Of a DNA stretch of 64,000 nucleotides, positions 59,731 through 64,000 are shown in pieces; the first letter of the stretch is position 1; the number at the start of each line of letters is the position of its first letter. Where the stretch lies: contig JAPOYL010000009.1 in NCBI GenBank assembly GCA_026706595.1, forward strand, positions 22,687 through 86,686, written 5' to 3'. A program made the position numbers and the translations under genes. The notes under the pieces were generated by a model. That model saw only the letters and a program-made list of their open reading frames with translations. It was not told the origin of the DNA and made no database searches. This DNA is from Gammaproteobacteria bacterium (GTDB taxonomy: Bacteria > Pseudomonadota > Gammaproteobacteria > UBA4575).

Positions 59731-61497
59731 GTGTACCTGACGCGCCGTCAATTCCTGTCATTATTGAATGCAGCGGCAGTAGCAGGAATATTGCCATCGT
59801 CCCGCGGCCTGAAGGCTGGCAGGTCCACCGACGTATACGAGGTTCCCAAAAAGGGCAATGTGAGGCTTCTTCACATCACGGATTGCCACGCCCAGCTACT
59901 CCCTGTTTATTTTCGTGAGCCCAGCGTCAATATCGGTGTTGGAAACGCCCGCGGCAAGGCTCCTCACCTGGTGGGCACCCACTTGCTGGACCGGTTCGAT
60001 CTGAATCCTGCCAACCGCATGGCCGTGCACGCTTTCACCTTTCTCGATTTCATTGATGCGGCAAAGAAATTTGGCAAGGTGGGGGGCTTTGCACATCTGT
60101 GCACACTGGTAAAAAAACTGAGACACGAGTTTGGTGAAGAAAACACGCTGTTGCTGGATGGCGGCGACACATGGCAGGGATCAGGGACCGCTTACTGGAC
60201 ACGCGGCAGGGACATGGTCAATGCGTGCAATCTTCTAGGTGTTGATGTGATGACGGGCCACTGGGAGTTTACTTATCACGATAAGGAGGTGATGGAGAAC
60301 ATCCAGGCGTTCAACGGTGAGTTCATCGCACAGAATGTCAAACTGACAGAAGAAGGCTTCTTTGAAGGTCAGCCCGCCCATGATGAAACTACCGGGCACA
60401 TATTCAAACCCTATACGATCAAAGAACTGGGAGGTGTGCGCATTGCTGTCATTGGACAGGCCTTCCCCTACACACCCATCGCCAACCCTCGACGGTTCAT
60501 ACCCTATTGGTCATTTGGCATTCGGGACGATGAAATGCAGAAAGTCGTAAACGCCATACATGAGAACGAAAAGCCGGCTGCCGTGGTGCTGATTTCCCAT
60601 AACGGGATGGACGTTGACTTGAAGATGGCCAGCCGCGTAACGGGTCTGACCGCGATCTTTGGAGGCCACACGCATGACGGAGTGCCTCAGGCGGTCGAAG
60701 TGAATAATGCGAATGGCGTGACCTTGGTAACGAATGCAGGATCGAATGCAAAATTTCTGGGCGTCATGGATCTTGATATCAAAAACAACAGAGTATCCGG
60801 CTATAGCTACCGGTTGCTGCCGGTATTTTCCAACCTTCTGGATGCTGATCCGGAGATGTCAGCGTACATAGAGAAGGTCAGAAATCCCTATCTCGACCGG
60901 CTGGAGGATAAGCTGGGCGTGGCGGATTCCTTATTGTACCGGCGGGGGAATTTCAACGGTTCGTTTGACCAAGTGATCTGCGATGCCCTGATTGAGCAGC
61001 TGGACACCCAGATAGCGCTGTCACCCGGCTTTAGGTGGGGAGTATCCGTACTGCCGGGTGATGACATCACGATGGAGCACGTCCTGACACAAACCTGCAT
61101 GACTTATCCCGAAACATACACCAGCGGCATGAGCGGTGAAACCATCAAGCTCATACTCGAAGATGTGTGTGACAATTTGTTCAATCCGGACCCGTACTAT
61201 CAACAAGGGGGAGACATGGTCCGCTTGGGCGGTATGAACTATGTGTGTGACCCGACAGCTTCAGCCGGAAACCGGATCTCGGATATGACCTTGGACAGTG
61301 GAGAAAAAATAGAAGCGAACAAGACATATCAGGTAGCGGGGTGGGCGACTGTCGGGTCTAAATCTCAGGGGCCTCCAGTCTGGGACGTCGTCGCACAATA
61401 TATACGCGAACATAAAAGCATCAGGATATCCAGGCTCAACACTCCCAAACTGAAGAATCTGGGAGCCAATCCAGGCATCAGTGATTACCGGGTCTGA
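59731..61497 (+). CDS. soxB: Thiosulfohydrolase SoxB (5'-nucleotidase/metallophosphatase family)
   Basis: Tat signal 'TRRQFLSLL' and metallophosphatase motifs 'ITDCHAQ', 'GGDTWQG' and 'GGHTHD'. Confidence 0.9.
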   Translation: MYLTRRQFLSLLNAAAVAGILPSSRGLKAGRSTDVYEVPKKGNVRLLHITDCHAQLLPVYFREPSVNIGVGNARGKAPHLVGTHLLDRFDLNPANRMAVHAFTFLDFIDAAKKFGKVGGFAHLCTLVKKLRHEFGEENTLLLDGGDTWQGSGTAYWTRGRDMVNACNLLGVDVMTGHWEFTYHDKEVMENIQAFNGEFIAQNVKLTEEGFFEGQPAHDETTGHIFKPYTIKELGGVRIAVIGQAFPYTPIANPRRFIPYWSFGIRDDEMQKVVNAIHENEKPAAVVLISHNGMDVDLKMASRVTGLTAIFGGHTHDGVPQAVEVNNANGVTLVTNAGSNAKFLGVMDLDIKNNRVSGYSYRLLPVFSNLLDADPEMSAYIEKVRNPYLDRLEDKLGVADSLLYRRGNFNGSFDQVICDALIEQLDTQIALSPGFRWGVSVLPGDDITMEHVLTQTCMTYPETYTSGMSGETIKLILEDVCDNLFNPDPYYQQGGDMVRLGGMNYVCDPTASAGNRISDMTLDSGEKIEANKTYQVAGWATVGSKSQGPPVWDVVAQYIREHKSIRISRLNTPKLKNLGANPGISDYRV

Positions 61498-61634
61498 TGC
61501 AAACCCGTACTGGACGATACAGTCATGCCCGTGCCCATAGTCATCCGAGGATTGATGAAACACCTGTTGAACACAGGACAAATGTGCGACTTGTGTCTTT
61601 TTTGATATTTTAGGGAATCATATACTTAGCTTTT

Positions 61635-61970
61635 GTGAGGGTTGCGTTCATGAGTCCACACATTTTAGTACTGACGGCCTTCCCGGATATGGACATCGCG
61701 ACACGTCTAGCACAAGAAATTGTTCAGACCCGGCTTGCAGCCTGCGTTAATATCCTGCCTCAGGCCAAATCCGTGTACATGTGGCAAGGAAAGCAGTGCA
61801 TGGATTCGGAGTACATCGTGATCATGAAGACTACGGAAAGCAGGTATCAGAAGTTGCAGTCCTTTATACAAAGCCAGCATCCCTATGAACTTCCGGAGAT
61901 CATTGCGACTCCTATTACACAAGGCTTGGATGATTATCTTGACTGGATGGCAAAGAGTGTAAGCACGTGA
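61635..61970 (+). CDS. cutA: Divalent-cation tolerance protein CutA
   Basis: CutA1 fold ('LAACVNILPQAKSVYMWQGK') upstream of dsbD, as in E. coli. Confidence 0.85.
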   Translation: MRVAFMSPHILVLTAFPDMDIATRLAQEIVQTRLAACVNILPQAKSVYMWQGKQCMDSEYIVIMKTTESRYQKLQSFIQSQHPYELPEIIATPITQGLDDYLDWMAKSVST

Positions 61971-63886
61971 AGCGTCTCTACATCATTTTTTGGGTGTTGC
62001 TTGTATTTGGACACCCTGCAGCCTATGCAGAATCTACAACCCGGACTCTTGAGCAGTTCGTTTTTGGTGTGGATGAAACCGAATTCCTTCATCCTGATGA
62101 AGCCTTCCGGGTTTCAGTTCGCAGAGGTGATGCCAACACCATCGTGACCGACTGGAAGGTGGTGGACGGACACTATCTGTACAAGGACAAGATTGCAGTC
62201 GCACCCAGGGACAGGAGCGAGGCTGCACTTGGTGCTGTGCAACTGCCTCCCGGAAAGGAAATGCATGACGAATTCTTTGGTCAGGTCGTCACCATTGATC
62301 ATGATTTTGAGGCGGATGTCCCGATCCTGCAGGTCTCCGCGAACCTGCAGGCACTTGATCTTGAGGTGACCTACCAGGGATGTGCCAAAGCCGGCCTTTG
62401 CTATCCTCCCATTACCAAAACCCTACAGGTGTCCTTGGACGATGCCAGTGAGCATACCGGTCTTGCATTCGCTGGCGCCGGGTCGGGAAGTGCTCCCAAT
62501 GGCTTGTCTTCCGGCGATTCCGGTTTTCAGTCCGAGCAGGACCGCTTTGCGGCCATGCTGGCCTCCGGCAAACTCTGGTGGATCGTAGCCAGCTTTCTGG
62601 GCTTGGGACTTCTGCTCGCTTTCACGCCCTGCGTATTCCCGATGATCCCAATCCTGTCCAGCATCATTGTTGGCCAGGGAAAGCATGTTTCAACGTCAAG
62701 GGCCTTTGGGCTGTCGCTGGTCTATGTGCTGGCCATGGCAATCACCTACACAGTGGCTGGCATTGTGGTGGGTCTTTCAGGGGAAAATGTGCAGGTATGG
62801 TTTCAGAATCCATGGGTGATCAGCACGTTTGTTGGGATTCTGGTATTGCTGTCCCTGTCCATGTTTGGGCTGTACGAGCTGCAAATCCCGCAGGCGATTC
62901 AGTCCAGACTGAACGCGTACAGTTCAACCCAGCGCCAGGGCTCATACACCGGTGCCGGCGTGATGGGTTTTCTTTCCGCGTTGATTGTCGGGCCCTGTGT
63001 GAATGCTCCGCTGATCGGTACACTGATCTACATCGCTGATGTCGGAGACGCCACCATCGGTGGCCTGGCTCTTTTCGCATTGAGCATGGGGATGGGAATA
63101 CCGTTGCTGGTAGTCGGTACATCCGCTGGCAAAATCTTGCCGAAGGCAGGAACCTGGATGGCTGCTGTGAAGGCCGTCACTGGAGTATTTTTGCTGGCGC
63201 TGGCTATCTGGATGCTGGAACGCATTATTCCTACTCCCGTAGTGTTGTTGCTTTCCGGGGCCTTGCTCATTGCCTCTTCCGTATATATGGGTGCACTTGA
63301 GGCCCTTCGGGAGGGTGCTTCTGGGTGGCTCAGATTGTGGAAGGGATTTGGACTCATTGCACTGGTGTACGGAGGTATCCTGGTCATTGGTGCGGCAGCC
63401 GGAAGCCACAGCCTGCTTCATCCCCTGCAGGGTATATTTGCGCAGCGTGTTGCCACCGACGGCGCATACCCCGGCAGGGGTGCAGCGCATAGTCTCGCCT
63501 TCCGGCAGATCAAAGGCATTGAGGGGTTGGAGTCTGCCGTGCAACTGGCCGTAGCGCAGGGCCGGCCCGTGATGCTCGATTTTTATGCGGACTGGTGTAT
63601 CTCCTGCAAGGAGATGGAGGCCTTCACTTTCAGCAACGCAGGGGTGCAGGATGCATTGCAAGATTTTGTCCTGCTGCAGGCCGATGTTACCGACAACGAC
63701 GAGCAGGATCAGGCCCTGTTACAGCATTTGGGCCTGTTTGGTCCACCCGCCATTTTGTTTTATGCCCACACCGGCCAGGAAATGAAGGACTACCGTATCG
63801 TGGGGTTCATGGGAGCCTCTCGGTTCACGTCGCATATTGACCACTTCAAAAATGCAGGAACACTGGCACTTTACATGGGGAATTAA
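61967..63886 (+). CDS. dsbD: Thiol:disulfide interchange protein DsbD
   Basis: A periplasmic alpha domain 'CAKAGLCYPP', TM beta domain 'CVFPMIP...GPCVNAP' and a C-terminal thioredoxin domain 'WCISCKE'. Confidence 0.9.
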   Translation: MKRLYIIFWVLLVFGHPAAYAESTTRTLEQFVFGVDETEFLHPDEAFRVSVRRGDANTIVTDWKVVDGHYLYKDKIAVAPRDRSEAALGAVQLPPGKEMHDEFFGQVVTIDHDFEADVPILQVSANLQALDLEVTYQGCAKAGLCYPPITKTLQVSLDDASEHTGLAFAGAGSGSAPNGLSSGDSGFQSEQDRFAAMLASGKLWWIVASFLGLGLLLAFTPCVFPMIPILSSIIVGQGKHVSTSRAFGLSLVYVLAMAITYTVAGIVVGLSGENVQVWFQNPWVISTFVGILVLLSLSMFGLYELQIPQAIQSRLNAYSSTQRQGSYTGAGVMGFLSALIVGPCVNAPLIGTLIYIADVGDATIGGLALFALSMGMGIPLLVVGTSAGKILPKAGTWMAAVKAVTGVFLLALAIWMLERIIPTPVVLLLSGALLIASSVYMGALEALREGASGWLRLWKGFGLIALVYGGILVIGAAAGSHSLLHPLQGIFAQRVATDGAYPGRGAAHSLAFRQIKGIEGLESAVQLAVAQGRPVMLDFYADWCISCKEMEAFTFSNAGVQDALQDFVLLQADVTDNDEQDQALLQHLGLFGPPAILFYAHTGQEMKDYRIVGFMGASRFTSHIDHFKNAGTLALYMGN

Positions 63887-64000
63887 TACCAGGCCCAGCC
63901 ACAATACCGCATCCCCGACCAACGACAACACACACTCAGACTACAACTCCATCCCTGTTCATGTGCACGGATGCCATCGTTCAGGGAATCCCCGGATGAG

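Overview
The window is a high-GC gammaproteobacterial chromosome segment, consistent with a sulfur-oxidising lineage (soxXYZA-B present, no soxCD) and mostly syntenic housekeeping genes. The main contents, in order:

1. A type I PKS gene truncated at the 5' window edge (ER-KR-ACP-KS, ending in a KS with no following AT). It is followed by an alpha/beta hydrolase, an Sfp-type PPTase and a stand-alone ACP.
2. mrcA, hemE, rpsU/tsaD, plsY, bioH-bioC, ctaA and rpoH.
3. A 3.6-kb AT-rich IS1595-family transposon (17525..21112), inserted exactly between rpoH and ftsYEX. It has 26-bp imperfect terminal inverted repeats and an 8-bp TTTTAGTT target duplication. Its cargo is two paralogous AT-hook micro-proteins, a lipoprotein plus mini-membrane-protein pair, and a tRNA/tmRNA 3'-end-like fragment.
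4. ftsYEX, an M16 peptidase pair, rsmD-coaD, ggt, mutM, a XanB2/FkbO-like chorismatase, an orphan hydantoinase-A, a membrane desaturase, rpmB-rpmG, folB-folK, sixA, a SIS-domain protein and an FAH-family hydrolase.
5. A putative selenium/arsenic-metabolism neighbourhood: a DedA::pyridine-nucleotide-disulfide-oxidoreductase fusion, an ArsS-like radical SAM/Cys-rich protein, an RND efflux pair, djlA, an EgtB/SenA-like sulfoxide-synthase homolog, a SenB-like glycosyltransferase, a NDH-2-like::SelD fusion (SenC-like) and gshA.
6. ampD, groES-groEL with a perfect CIRCE operator, fxsA, soxXYZA-(small ORF)-soxB, and cutA-dsbD.

A second perfect CIRCE copy sits upstream of rpoH, about 10 bp from the transposon end. 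No CRISPR arrays, rRNA genes or intact tRNA genes were found.
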